From positions 22,099 to 86,098 of the forward strand of contig JAEXUW010000013.1 in assembly GCA_023439835.1 (NCBI GenBank): DNA of 64,000 nucleotides, written 5' to 3'. Origin of the DNA: Bacillota bacterium. Its GTDB lineage: Bacteria > Bacillota > Clostridia > Oscillospirales > Ruminococcaceae. Under the pieces are notes generated by a model, which searched no databases, was not told the origin of the DNA, and saw only the letters and a program-made list of their open reading frames with translations. The translations under genes and the position numbers were made by a program. Every line of letters begins with the position of its first letter. Positions within the stretch are counted from its first letter, which is position 1. Positions 39,607 through 48,812 of the stretch are shown piece after piece.

Positions 39607-40719
39607 ATGAAAAAAATAATGCTTATTATAATATGTGTGATGTCGGCTGTTCTGACACAGAGCGACAAGGCAGAGGAGCCTGTTATAGCGGTGGTAAGCC
39701 CACAGGTTATTGCGTCGGTTTCTCCGGCGGGACAAGCCGATTTAGCGGAGGCTCAGGAAACTTCAGAAATGCCGCCTGATGACATTCCAGCGGTTTTAGT
39801 GGAAAAGGAAATTAGTATCACGCTTTCATTTTTAGGCGACTGTATGCTTGCCACTTCAAAGGGAGGAATGTATGAGGGAAGCTTCAATTATATGGCGCAG
39901 AATATGCCCCCCGAATATTTCTTTGAGGGCGTGATTGACATAATCGGTGAGGATGATTTTACAATTGCCGATTGTGAGAATGTATTCACGGACAGACCGC
40001 TTTATGAACTTGAAAAAGGTTACTATCCGGCATATTGGTTTAAAGGCCCGTCAAAAAATGCGGAGATTTTTTCATCAAACAGCATTGAGCTTGTCTCACT
40101 AGCGAACAACCATACATACGATTACGGGATAGAGGGCTATAACGACACAGTTTCGGCGGTGGAGAAAGCCGGTGTAGAGTGGACAGATGAGGCAAAGCCT
40201 GTAATTCTCGAAAAAGACGGCGTGAAAATCGCTGTGCTGTCGCTGATTTTATATCGTTACGGAACTTATGACGCAACCTTTTCTCAAATAGAGGAGTATA
40301 AGGATAAGGTGGATGCAGTGGTTGTTGTTTTTCACGGCGGAACAGAAAAGGTTCATGTTCCCGATGAATTTAAGGTTAAAGCGGCAAGAGCGTTTATTGA
40401 CGCTGGGGCTAATGTAGTAGTCGGTGGGCATCCGCATGTTCTTCAGCCGTTTGAGGAATATAACGGAGGGCATATTGTGTATTCTATCGGGAACTTTTGC
40501 TATGGCGGAAGCGGTGGCCCTGAAAACAGAACAATAATTTATCAGGAAACGCTAACCTTTGACAAGGACGGTAAATTAATAGGCATGAATGAAAACATCA
40601 TACCCTGTTATGTCTATTCCGGTCAGACAAATAATTATCAGCCAGCGGTGATATATGATGAGGAAATAAAAAACAAGGTGCTTGACTTCATGTATCAGCG
40701 AAGCAGCACCCTGTTTTAA
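39607..40719 (+). CDS. CapA/PgsA-family metallophosphatase (poly-gamma-glutamate synthesis-like) with signal peptide
   Basis: RBS GGGAGGAG before MKKIMLII; motifs GDCML, ANNH, FHGG, GGHPHV. Confidence 0.8.
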   Translation: MKKIMLIIICVMSAVLTQSDKAEEPVIAVVSPQVIASVSPAGQADLAEAQETSEMPPDDIPAVLVEKEISITLSFLGDCMLATSKGGMYEGSFNYMAQNMPPEYFFEGVIDIIGEDDFTIADCENVFTDRPLYELEKGYYPAYWFKGPSKNAEIFSSNSIELVSLANNHTYDYGIEGYNDTVSAVEKAGVEWTDEAKPVILEKDGVKIAVLSLILYRYGTYDATFSQIEEYKDKVDAVVVVFHGGTEKVHVPDEFKVKAARAFIDAGANVVVGGHPHVLQPFEEYNGGHIVYSIGNFCYGGSGGPENRTIIYQETLTFDKDGKLIGMNENIIPCYVYSGQTNNYQPAVIYDEEIKNKVLDFMYQRSSTLF

Positions 40720-40720
40720 A

Positions 40721-41005
40721 TCATATGTTTGAACAGCCACAGGTTCCCGGCTCTGGCGGTGCGGGGCAGTATAGGGTTTCACAGTATGCCTCGCAGGAGG
40801 CTGGATTGCTACAGCGTCGTATGCAGGTTTCAGGCTGAAAAACTCCCTCAGGCTGATTGCATATAGCCAAAAGGTCGGTGATTGTCAGCGGTGAAATTCC
40901 CGAAGAGGTTGGACAGACACGGCGGCAGTTTATAATCCGCTGTGCGGTCGGGCTTATATTGTTATTGTTATTATTATTACGTCGCCTGCAGTTACAGTTT
41001 CGCAT
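40721..41005 (-). CDS. Questionable Cys-rich ORF (94 aa, 12 Cys, poly-Asn tract)
   Basis: Open frame with GGGG-type RBS but no clear promoter and located just after the rnpB terminator; repeated CxxxC spacing. Confidence 0.25.
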   Translation of the reverse strand: MRNCNCRRRNNNNNNNISPTAQRIINCRRVCPTSSGISPLTITDLLAICNQPEGVFQPETCIRRCSNPASCEAYCETLYCPAPPEPGTCGCSNI

Positions 41006-41084
41006 TGTTATTACCCCTTTGCATAGAATGAAAATTACTCAGTATATATTATGCCAAGAAAGTATTTTTGCGACTTTTATACAC

Positions 41085-41131
41085 AAAAAAACTTCACTGT
41101 TAAAAGCTTTTTCAAGCAGAAAACGGTGAAG
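41085..41131 (-). terminator. Terminator of rnpB primary transcript
   Basis: cttcaccg...cagtgaag stem followed by U7 on minus strand. Confidence 0.65.
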
Positions 41132-41144
41132 TTAATTTTTAAAA

Positions 41145-41496
41145 AAGCGACTAAGCCGATAAGCCGAGTTTTGTCGTGTGCGATAATCTATCTGGTCTTT
41201 GCGTCGCCGCAAAGCTCTAGCCACCTAAGACAACCAAGCCTGTCGAGCAGACATTGACTTAATTGCTCCATCGGTGTTGCATCGGATAGGGTTTACATGG
41301 CAATACGGTCTCCCGCATTCCGGTGAGCTCTTACCTCGCCTTTCCATCCTTACCCTGACTGGCGTCAAGGCGGTATATTTCTGTTGCACTGGCCCTAAGG
41401 TCGCCCTCGGCAGCCGTTAGCTGCTATCCCGCTCTTTGATGCTCGGACTTTCCTCGTGTACATAACGGACACGCTATCGCATAGCTTACTCGCTGA
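41145..41496 (-). ncRNA. rnpB: RNase P RNA (bacterial type A)
   Basis: Minus strand contains GAGGAAAGUCCGAGC (P4 5' strand), CCAGUGCAACAGAAAUAUACCGCC, CAGGGUAAGGAUGGAAAGGCGAGGUAAGAGCUCACC, ACAAAACUCGGCUUAUCGG (P4 3' strand); P1 pairing AGCGAGUAAGCU/GGCUUAGUCGCU; promoter TTGACA-17-TATACT at 41531-41503. Confidence 0.88.
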
Positions 41497-41641
41497 ATTG
41501 ATAGTATAGCATAACTTTTTTTAATTGTCAAATGGGAAAAAAAGTCGAGTATAATACCCGACTTTAGCCTATGAATATCAGCGCAATCGCAGCGATTGCA
41601 AGAAAAGCGGCAAAAAGCTTTTTCATCATACACCTCCCGAA

Positions 41642-42139
41642 TTAATCATTTAGCGGATAGCATCCGATAATTCTACCAGTTTCAATATAATACTGCTCCT
41701 GCTCCTCACTAGTCATCTGCTCGGTGTGCTCAATAGGCGCCTCGCTATAAAGCGCATACATTACATACTCACCGTTTTCATTAGTTTTAAAAAGCCAATA
41801 GCCCTCAAAATCATCCCCAAGTCCCTCTATTAGATCACAGCCGTCAGTGCCTGTTGTTTTATTCCTATCATCACATTCATATATAGTGTCAAATAAAACA
41901 GGAATACCATCAATATTCATATCGGTCGCCCATGAATTCGCCGCTATATGAAGCGTTTTTGCGTTAGTGTTCGCCATAAGTATTTTTTTCTCAACAAGGG
42001 ATGTAATTTTTCTTGTGCTAGATTTTTCATCTTTATCAGCCGAAGCTCTGTTTGGATCTTCTTTTGAAGAGCAGCCGATAAAGCCGGAGAATAAGAGGAT
42101 ACCGGTAAAAACAATAGTTAAAAATCTTTTCATGCTCAT
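41642..42139 (-). CDS. Hypothetical lipoprotein
   Basis: Lipobox FIGCSS; 165 aa, acidic mature domain. Confidence 0.6.
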   Translation of the reverse strand: MSMKRFLTIVFTGILLFSGFIGCSSKEDPNRASADKDEKSSTRKITSLVEKKILMANTNAKTLHIAANSWATDMNIDGIPVLFDTIYECDDRNKTTGTDGCDLIEGLGDDFEGYWLFKTNENGEYVMYALYSEAPIEHTEQMTSEEQEQYYIETGRIIGCYPLND

Positions 42140-42245
42140 ACCTCTATAATTATATTACCATATAATTCTTATCGTGTAAATATGTATTTTAAATTATAGT
42201 ATTAATAACAAATTATAAACGATGCGTTTGTTGAATATGCAAAGA

Positions 42246-42274
42246 AAAAGTGCATGGGATTTCCCCATGCACAA
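42246..42274. terminator. Terminator hairpin after glmS
   Basis: gtgcatggg atttcc ccatgcac. Confidence 0.6.
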
Positions 42275-42277
42275 AAG

Positions 42278-44098
42278 CTATTCAACAGTAACGGACTTAG
42301 CGAGATTTCTCGGCTTGTCAACATCACAGCCTCTTAATACGGCGGTGTAATAAGCCATAAGCTGAAGCGGGACAACAGACAGCATCGGCATAAGCATATC
42401 GTTAATGCTCGGAAGCTCGATTTTATAATCGGCTACATCACTTTCGATTCTTGCATTTTCGTGACAGATGAGGATAACCTGTGCGCCCCTTGCCTTGACC
42501 TCTTTAATGTTGCTGATTGTTTTCTCAAAAAGCTCAGTCTGGGTTGCTACCGCGATAACAGGCATGCCCTCGGTAATAAGCGATATTGTTCCATGCTTTA
42601 ATTCGCCGGCGGCATAAGCCTCAGAATGTATATATGAAATTTCCTTGAGCTTTAAAGAGCCTTCCATACTCATTGCATAGTCTAGTCCTCTTCCTATATA
42701 AAGAAGGCTGTCGGCATTGACAAGCTTTGAGGAGATAAACTGTATGTTGGTTTTTTCTTCAAGGAGGTTTTCGATAACATTCGCTGAGTTTAAAAGCTCG
42801 GCTGTGAGCTTTTCACATTCCTCAAGTGAAAGCTTTCCCTTTATAAGCCCAAGCCTGAACGCAAGCATATACATTGTCGCAATTTGAACGGAATAAGCCT
42901 TTGTGGAGGCAACAGCAATTTCAAGGCCGGCATATGTATATATGACCATATCGGCGGCACGTGCAATTGACGAGCCGACAACATTAACCACGGCGAGTGT
43001 TTTTGCGCCATGCTGCTTTGCAAGCTTCAAAGCGGCAAGACTGTCGGCGGTTTCGCCTGACTGTGAAATGATTATCACTAAATCCCTGTCTGTGATAATC
43101 GGGTTTCTATATCTGAATTCAGACGCTATATCAACGATAACCGGAATACGCACAAGCTTTTCTATCACATACTTTCCGACGATTCCGGCGTGCATAGCCG
43201 TACCGCAGGCAACAATAAAGATATTATCAAACTTCAAAAGCATATCGTCGTCAAGCCCCGCCTGTGAAAAATCAGGAACACCATTTTTGATTCTGGGCTT
43301 GATTGTGTTCTTGATTGAACAGGGCTGTTCATGAATTTCTTTTAGCATGAAATGCTCATAGCCACATTTCTCAGCGGCTTCAAGGTCCCACGTTGCGGTC
43401 TGAACCTCTTTCTCGATTTCGAGCTTATGCATATCATAGAACTTAATTCCGCCATTGTCCAAAACCGCAATTTCGTCACTTTCAAGAAGATAATAATCAC
43501 GGGTATACTTTAAAATTGCGGGAACGTCAGAGGCGATGAAGCTGTCATCACCGGCTGTTCCGACAATAAGCGGGGATTCTTTTCTGACAGCAAAAACGGT
43601 ATTTTCATAGTCCTTGAAGATAATTCCCAGTGCGAATGAGCCACGAACCTCACCCATCATGCGGATTATAGCATCAAGAGGGTCGCCTTTATAATAATAA
43701 TCAAGCAGAGAAGCAACAGTTTCTGTATCGGTTTGAGTGAGAAATTCATAGCCGTTTTCAGTTAAAAACTGCTTAATCTCCATATAATTTTCGATTATTC
43801 CGTTGTGGACAAGGGTGACATTTGCATTGCCGTGAGGGTGAGCGTTGACGTCAGAGGGTTCACCGTGCGTTGCCCAGCGAGTGTGGCCTATTCCGCAGAT
43901 TCCTTTGGGGGCGCCCTCATTTTTCAGCTTGTCGGCGAGATTTTGAAGCTTCCCTCTTGTTTTAACCGTTTTAATGGTGCTGTCAGAAAAAACAGCTATT
44001 CCGGCGGAGTCATAGCCCCTGTATTCAAGCTTAGACAGCCCGTCAAGTAAAATTTGTGTACAGTCCTTCTTGCCGACATAGCCGACTATTCCGCACAT
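42278..44098 (-). CDS. glmS: Glutamine--fructose-6-phosphate aminotransferase (isomerising)
   Basis: 606 aa; MCGIVGY N-terminal nucleophile; two SIS domains. Confidence 0.95.
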   Translation of the reverse strand: MCGIVGYVGKKDCTQILLDGLSKLEYRGYDSAGIAVFSDSTIKTVKTRGKLQNLADKLKNEGAPKGICGIGHTRWATHGEPSDVNAHPHGNANVTLVHNGIIENYMEIKQFLTENGYEFLTQTDTETVASLLDYYYKGDPLDAIIRMMGEVRGSFALGIIFKDYENTVFAVRKESPLIVGTAGDDSFIASDVPAILKYTRDYYLLESDEIAVLDNGGIKFYDMHKLEIEKEVQTATWDLEAAEKCGYEHFMLKEIHEQPCSIKNTIKPRIKNGVPDFSQAGLDDDMLLKFDNIFIVACGTAMHAGIVGKYVIEKLVRIPVIVDIASEFRYRNPIITDRDLVIIISQSGETADSLAALKLAKQHGAKTLAVVNVVGSSIARAADMVIYTYAGLEIAVASTKAYSVQIATMYMLAFRLGLIKGKLSLEECEKLTAELLNSANVIENLLEEKTNIQFISSKLVNADSLLYIGRGLDYAMSMEGSLKLKEISYIHSEAYAAGELKHGTISLITEGMPVIAVATQTELFEKTISNIKEVKARGAQVILICHENARIESDVADYKIELPSINDMLMPMLSVVPLQLMAYYTAVLRGCDVDKPRNLAKSVTVE

Positions 44099-44150
44099 AA
44101 TGAAGCCCCCTTTTAGTTGTTAGAAAATAGTTGTTAGTAGTTAGTGATGG

Positions 44151-44585
44151 TTATTTCTCAAGCTTTGTGATAAGCCCAACCCTGTCGGCGTGTCTTCCGC
44201 CTTCAAAGGGGGTTTCAAGGAAAACCTTGATAAGCTCAATCGCATATTCGTCGCCCACGACTCTAGCCCCTAAGCAAAGGACATTAGCATCGTTGTGAAG
44301 GCGTGTGTATTTAGCCGAAAAATAATCAGACAGCGACGCCGCTCTTATCCCCTTGATTTTGTTCGCTGATATTGACATTCCTATTCCCGTGCCGCAGATA
44401 AGCACGCCGAGGTCAGCTTGTTTTGAAATTATTTTATCGCACACCTCAGAAGCCTTGTTTGGATAATCACATTTCTCGCTATCACCACAGCCGCAGTCGA
44501 TATATTCAATATTATTTTGCTCAAAGAATTTTACCACATGGTTTTTGAGTGCTATTCCCGCATGGTCGTTGCCGATTGCTATCAT
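44151..44585 (-). CDS. rpiB: Ribose-5-phosphate isomerase B (RpiB/LacAB family)
   Basis: 144 aa; MIAIGNDHAG...GTGIGMSISANK. Confidence 0.9.
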   Translation of the reverse strand: MIAIGNDHAGIALKNHVVKFFEQNNIEYIDCGCGDSEKCDYPNKASEVCDKIISKQADLGVLICGTGIGMSISANKIKGIRAASLSDYFSAKYTRLHNDANVLCLGARVVGDEYAIELIKVFLETPFEGGRHADRVGLITKLEK

Positions 44586-44635
44586 AATTTTACTCCTTCA
44601 TTTTTAAAAATCCTGTCGCAAAACAGGTTAATATT

Positions 44636-45316
44636 TTATTTTAGCAAGTCCTTTTCTGCTTTAGTAATCTGCAAATAATTGACCTCCAGCATATCCGGCT
44701 CACAGAGCGCATTCTTCTTTTCAATAGCCGCAATGCAAAGCGATGAGGCGAGCTGAAGTCTTTGTGAAACAGGCGCAAGCTTTATATTTTCATCATCTGA
44801 AAAGTGATTGTTATAACATTCTGACGCATAATCACCAGTTAATATAATATTATCGTATTCTTTTAAAATGCTTGAAATTTCGTTTATATCAAGAACGCAA
44901 TCGTCAACAAGCTGTGTCAAGCGAGTGCCGTCGCTTTCGTACACTCCAAAATAAGCGATATCCGCTCTTGCCTTCATGAGAGGAACGATTGTACCGACAA
45001 AGGGTAGGCAGTTGTAAGCAAGCGACTCTAGCGTTGAAATACCAATGCATTTTTTTGAAAGGGCAAAGCACATCGCCTTGACGGCGGCAATGCCGATTCT
45101 AAGCCCTGTATATGAGCCAGGTCCGTCAGCGACAGCGATAACATCGATATCTGAAAGCGACATATCAGCATCCGATAAAAGCTTTTCTGTTAAAGGAAGT
45201 ATAACTTGAGAATGTGTCAGTTTTGTGAGAACTGTCGTCTGAGCAATGATTTTTTCTTCGTCACCGATACAGACCGAGGCGGTTTTCCCCGAGGTGTCTA
45301 TTCCGAGAACAGTCAA
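44636..45316 (-). CDS. tsaB: tRNA t6A37 threonylcarbamoyladenosine biosynthesis protein TsaB
   Basis: 226 aa; LGIDTSG...GPGSYTGLRIG. Confidence 0.85.
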   Translation of the reverse strand: MTVLGIDTSGKTASVCIGDEEKIIAQTTVLTKLTHSQVILPLTEKLLSDADMSLSDIDVIAVADGPGSYTGLRIGIAAVKAMCFALSKKCIGISTLESLAYNCLPFVGTIVPLMKARADIAYFGVYESDGTRLTQLVDDCVLDINEISSILKEYDNIILTGDYASECYNNHFSDDENIKLAPVSQRLQLASSLCIAAIEKKNALCEPDMLEVNYLQITKAEKDLLK

Positions 45317-45738
45317 AAGCGGTCACCCCCGTTAATATCAATTTCGCGTGAACATTCGTCAATGGCTTTTAGCGTTATGAAGATTGTATTGTCGGGAAGA
45401 GCTTCTTCAATGTTCTCACTCCATTCAATTACAATAACGCTTTTATTGTTCATATAATCGAAGAAGCCTGTGGTTTCAAGCTCATCAGAATTCATTATAC
45501 GATACATATCAAAGTGATAGAGTGTTGTTTTGCCGGTATATTCGTTGACAAGCGAAAAGGTTGGTGAGGTTACATCATCCTCAAGCCCAAGACCGAGCGC
45601 AAGCCCACGTGTGAAGGTTGTTTTTCCAGCACCAAGACCGCCGATAAAAGCGACGACGTCACCGCCTTTAAGCTTTTCCCCGACGGACTTTGCGAATTCA
45701 ATTGTTTCCTCAGGGGAATGAGTGATTGATTTTAACAT
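45313..45738 (-). CDS. tsaE: tRNA t6A37 threonylcarbamoyladenosine biosynthesis ATPase TsaE
   Basis: 141 aa; P-loop GGLGAGKTTF; overlaps tsaB by 4 nt. Confidence 0.85.
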   Translation of the reverse strand: MLKSITHSPEETIEFAKSVGEKLKGGDVVAFIGGLGAGKTTFTRGLALGLGLEDDVTSPTFSLVNEYTGKTTLYHFDMYRIMNSDELETTGFFDYMNNKSVIVIEWSENIEEALPDNTIFITLKAIDECSREIDINGGDRF

Positions 45739-45741
45739 ATG

Positions 45742-46065
45742 TTACCACCTTGTGAAGGTATAAAAAGCTATAACAAGAAAAATAGGGATTGTGGCAATGG
45801 TCAGCGCCAGATATTTATATTTAGAGCGGATATTTTTTCTCATTAGCTTATACGGAATAAACGTGCTTAAAAACCATATTGACATAAGCCCTAAGAATAT
45901 TGCTGTTCCGATAAGCTTTTGTTTTGTTGTTGACGGGTTGAAAAATCCAAACCATAAAAACAGCACCCCGATGGCAGGATAAACACTGAAAAAGCCGACC
46001 ACCGCATTAATTCCAAAACCAATGATATAAGAAAACCTTTTGTTCTCATTTTTCCATTCTTTCAT
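45742..46065 (-). CDS. Hypothetical small membrane protein (3 TM helices)
   Basis: 107 aa hydrophobic ORF directly upstream of tsaE. Confidence 0.5.
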   Translation of the reverse strand: MKEWKNENKRFSYIIGFGINAVVGFFSVYPAIGVLFLWFGFFNPSTTKQKLIGTAIFLGLMSIWFLSTFIPYKLMRKNIRSKYKYLALTIATIPIFLVIAFYTFTRW

Positions 46066-46112
46066 AAAAACCCCTCCAAAATCAATATGTACAGGGTTTT
46101 ATAGTCAAAGGC

Positions 46113-46298
46113 TTAGTCCTCGTCATAAACGCTTGTGATAACCGGCTTTCCGTCAGCGTCAAGAAGAACCGTCAGCCCACCGGCATAGCCTGATGCGTGC
46201 CAAAGATAATTAACGCCGGTTTTTTTGTCAACCCATATCTCTGTTGAAGTCAGTGCCCCCTGTGAATAGGTTTTGACAAATCTGTCGTTCTTTTTCAT
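46113..46298 (-). CDS. Hypothetical small protein (61 aa)
   Basis: MKKNDRFVKTYSQGALTSTEIWVDKKTGVNYLWHASGYAGGLTVLLDADGKPVITSVYDED; compact beta-rich-looking, no family assigned. Confidence 0.45.
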   Translation of the reverse strand: MKKNDRFVKTYSQGALTSTEIWVDKKTGVNYLWHASGYAGGLTVLLDADGKPVITSVYDED

Positions 46299-46319
46299 TT
46301 TACACCTCTTTTAAAAAAA

Positions 46320-46949
46320 TCATTCATCGTCAGGCTCATATTTTATGCCACATATAATTTCAGCTAAAAGAACACACTGCTCCAAATCCACCCTTGCTCC
46401 GCTGAAATTCACGGTGAGTACATTTGTTTCGCTCAGACAACAGCCTCTGATGTCAGCATTTTTAAAGCTCATTCCGTTTATAGTCGCCCCTGTGAAGTCG
46501 CAATCGGTCACCGTGCATTTTTCAAAGCAGACGTTAGTGAGGTCGGCTCCGAAAAATCTGACGCCATTAATTTTCTGCTTTGAAAAGTCAATGTCCGCCA
46601 GATAGGTGTAAGACCAGTCGCCACCGACAATATCAAGAAAGCTGCACTCCGCATAAATAAAGCTTGAGCCTGTCATTTTACAGCCGTCAAATTTAGTGGA
46701 GAAAAACTTTCCGAACTTGAATTTGCAGTTTAAAAAAGCACAGCTTTTAAGGTCGATACCATTGAAAACCGCCGAAACAAAGCTGCAGTTCTCAAAGGTG
46801 CATTTATAAATTCGTGTTGCCTGTGAAAAATCCGCCGAATCAAAGCTGCATTTAATGAATTTCTTCCCCGAAAGCTCACAAGGCTCAAGCACAATGCCGT
46901 CAAAGCTTTCATTTTCATAGCAGTCGTTTAAAAAATCATAGCTGTTCAT
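46320..46949 (-). CDS. Pentapeptide repeat protein (second paralog)
   Basis: 209 aa of tandem pentapeptide repeats (FENCSFVSAVFNGIDLKSCAFLNCKFKFGKF...). Confidence 0.8.
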   Translation of the reverse strand: MNSYDFLNDCYENESFDGIVLEPCELSGKKFIKCSFDSADFSQATRIYKCTFENCSFVSAVFNGIDLKSCAFLNCKFKFGKFFSTKFDGCKMTGSSFIYAECSFLDIVGGDWSYTYLADIDFSKQKINGVRFFGADLTNVCFEKCTVTDCDFTGATINGMSFKNADIRGCCLSETNVLTVNFSGARVDLEQCVLLAEIICGIKYEPDDE

Positions 46950-46950
46950 A

Positions 46951-48621
46951 TTAGAAAAGCCCTGAAATGTTCCCGAAATTATCGCAGTCGATTTTTTCAG
47001 CGGCAGGCAGCTTTGGAAGCCCCGGCATAGTCATAATATCTCCGGTCATTGCAACGACAAAGCCTGCTCCCGCCGAGAGCCTGACATCACGGACGGTTAT
47101 TTCAAAATTATTCGGCTTTCCGAGCTTTGAAGGGTCGTCAGAAAGCGAATACTGTGTTTTTGCAACACATACAGGGATTTTATCAAAGCCCAGCTCATTT
47201 ATTTCCTTAATTGCTTTCTCAGCCTGAGCGGTGAAAACCACGCCGCTTGCACGATAAATTTCTTTTGCGATAATATTAAGCTTTTCTTTTATGGGAAGCC
47301 TTTCGTCATACAAGGGCTTAAAGCATGATTCGCATTTTTCGATTGCTTCACAAACCTTAAAGGCAAGGTCTTTTCCGCCGTCGCCGCCCTTAGCGAATAT
47401 TTCGGTAAGAGAAACGCTCACTCTCATATTCTCACAAAACTGCTGAATGAATTCTATTTCAGCGTCACTGTCGGTGTGAAAGCGGTTGATTGCAACCACA
47501 ACAGGCACGCCAAATTTCTGCATATTTTCAATGTGCGTTTGAAGATTGACAATGCCTTTCTTGAGAGCGTCAAGATTTTCTGCCGCAAGGTCAGCCTTTA
47601 AAACGCCGCCGTTATATTTCAAAGCACGAATTGTTGCGACAAGCACAACGCAGTCGGGCTTCAGTCCGGCAAAGCGACATTTTATATCAAAAAACTTTTC
47701 TGCTCCAAGGTCCGAGCCAAAGCCGGCTTCGGTAATAGTATAATCCCCCAGCTTTAGCGCAAGCTTAGTCGCTCGAACTGAATTACAGCCGTGTGCAATA
47801 TTGGCAAAGGGTCCGCCGTGCATTATCGCAGGAGTATTTTCAAGCGTCTGAACAAGGTTCGGCTTTAAAGCGTCCTTTAAAAGTGCGGTCATTGCGCCGC
47901 AGCCGCCTAAATCCTTGGCGAATACCGGCTTGTTATCAAAGGTATAAGCCACAAGAATTCGTTCAAGCCTTGCTTTTAGGTCCTCAAGATCAGCGGCAAG
48001 ACAAAGTATCGCCATAACCTCTGAGGCAACGGTGATGTTGAAGCCATCCTCACGGGGAATGCCGTTTAGCTTTCCGCCTAAGCCGACAATAATATTGCGA
48101 AGGGCACGGTCGTTCATATCCATACAGCGCTTGAACATTATTCGACGAGAATCAATATTCAGCAAATTACCCTGCTGAATATGATTGTCAATTAAAGCAC
48201 AAAGCAGATTATTCGCCGAGGTGATAGCATGCATATCTCCCGTGAAGTGAAGATTAATATCCTCCATCGGGACAACCTGAGAATAGCCGCCGCCTGCCGC
48301 ACCGCCCTTGATTCCAAAAACAGGGCCGAGCGACGGCTCACGAAGCGCAAGCACTGCCTTCTTTCCGATTTTAGCCATCGCCTGAGAAAGCCCGACGCTC
48401 ATTGTGGTTTTGCCCTCTCCCGCAGGGGTGGGGTTAATTGCGGTGACTAAAATCAGCTTTCCATCGGGGCGGCATTCAAGCTTTGAAAAAAGACCCTCCG
48501 ACAGCTTAGCTTTATAATGCCCATAAGGCTCCAAATCATCCTCTGAAATATCAAGTCCGGCGGCGATTTCGCTAATTTTTTTCATATTACAGCTTTGTGC
48601 GATTTCGATATCGGTTAACAT
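46951..48621 (-). CDS. fhs: Formate--tetrahydrofolate ligase
   Basis: Conserved [18 protein letters not shown]; start at [10 protein letters not shown] with RBS GGAGGGG. Confidence 0.95.
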   Translation of the reverse strand: MLTDIEIAQSCNMKKISEIAAGLDISEDDLEPYGHYKAKLSEGLFSKLECRPDGKLILVTAINPTPAGEGKTTMSVGLSQAMAKIGKKAVLALREPSLGPVFGIKGGAAGGGYSQVVPMEDINLHFTGDMHAITSANNLLCALIDNHIQQGNLLNIDSRRIMFKRCMDMNDRALRNIIVGLGGKLNGIPREDGFNITVASEVMAILCLAADLEDLKARLERILVAYTFDNKPVFAKDLGGCGAMTALLKDALKPNLVQTLENTPAIMHGGPFANIAHGCNSVRATKLALKLGDYTITEAGFGSDLGAEKFFDIKCRFAGLKPDCVVLVATIRALKYNGGVLKADLAAENLDALKKGIVNLQTHIENMQKFGVPVVVAINRFHTDSDAEIEFIQQFCENMRVSVSLTEIFAKGGDGGKDLAFKVCEAIEKCESCFKPLYDERLPIKEKLNIIAKEIYRASGVVFTAQAEKAIKEINELGFDKIPVCVAKTQYSLSDDPSKLGKPNNFEITVRDVRLSAGAGFVVAMTGDIMTMPGLPKLPAAEKIDCDNFGNISGLF

Positions 48622-48812
48622 ACAACCCCTCCAAAAAACAATGTCGTGAATCAAAAATACTAAAATATATTATATCACAGCTTAAATTATTTTTCCATAC
48701 TTATTAGCATAAAATAAGCTTGTCGGTGAATATTTACATAGATAAATATTGCGTTTCGGCAAAAGCTGTTATATAATTATCATATTAAGTCGAAATTTAA
48801 GGAGGGAAAAGC

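Noticed and set aside
41051-41633. ORFs 41051-41257(+) and 41424-41633(-)
   Set aside because: They overlap the RNase P RNA gene, its promoter and terminator; translations are non-protein-like.
44099-44150. glmS ribozyme upstream of glmS
   Set aside because: Looked for the conserved ribozyme core in the 5' region; the spacer is only 52 nt and lacks it.
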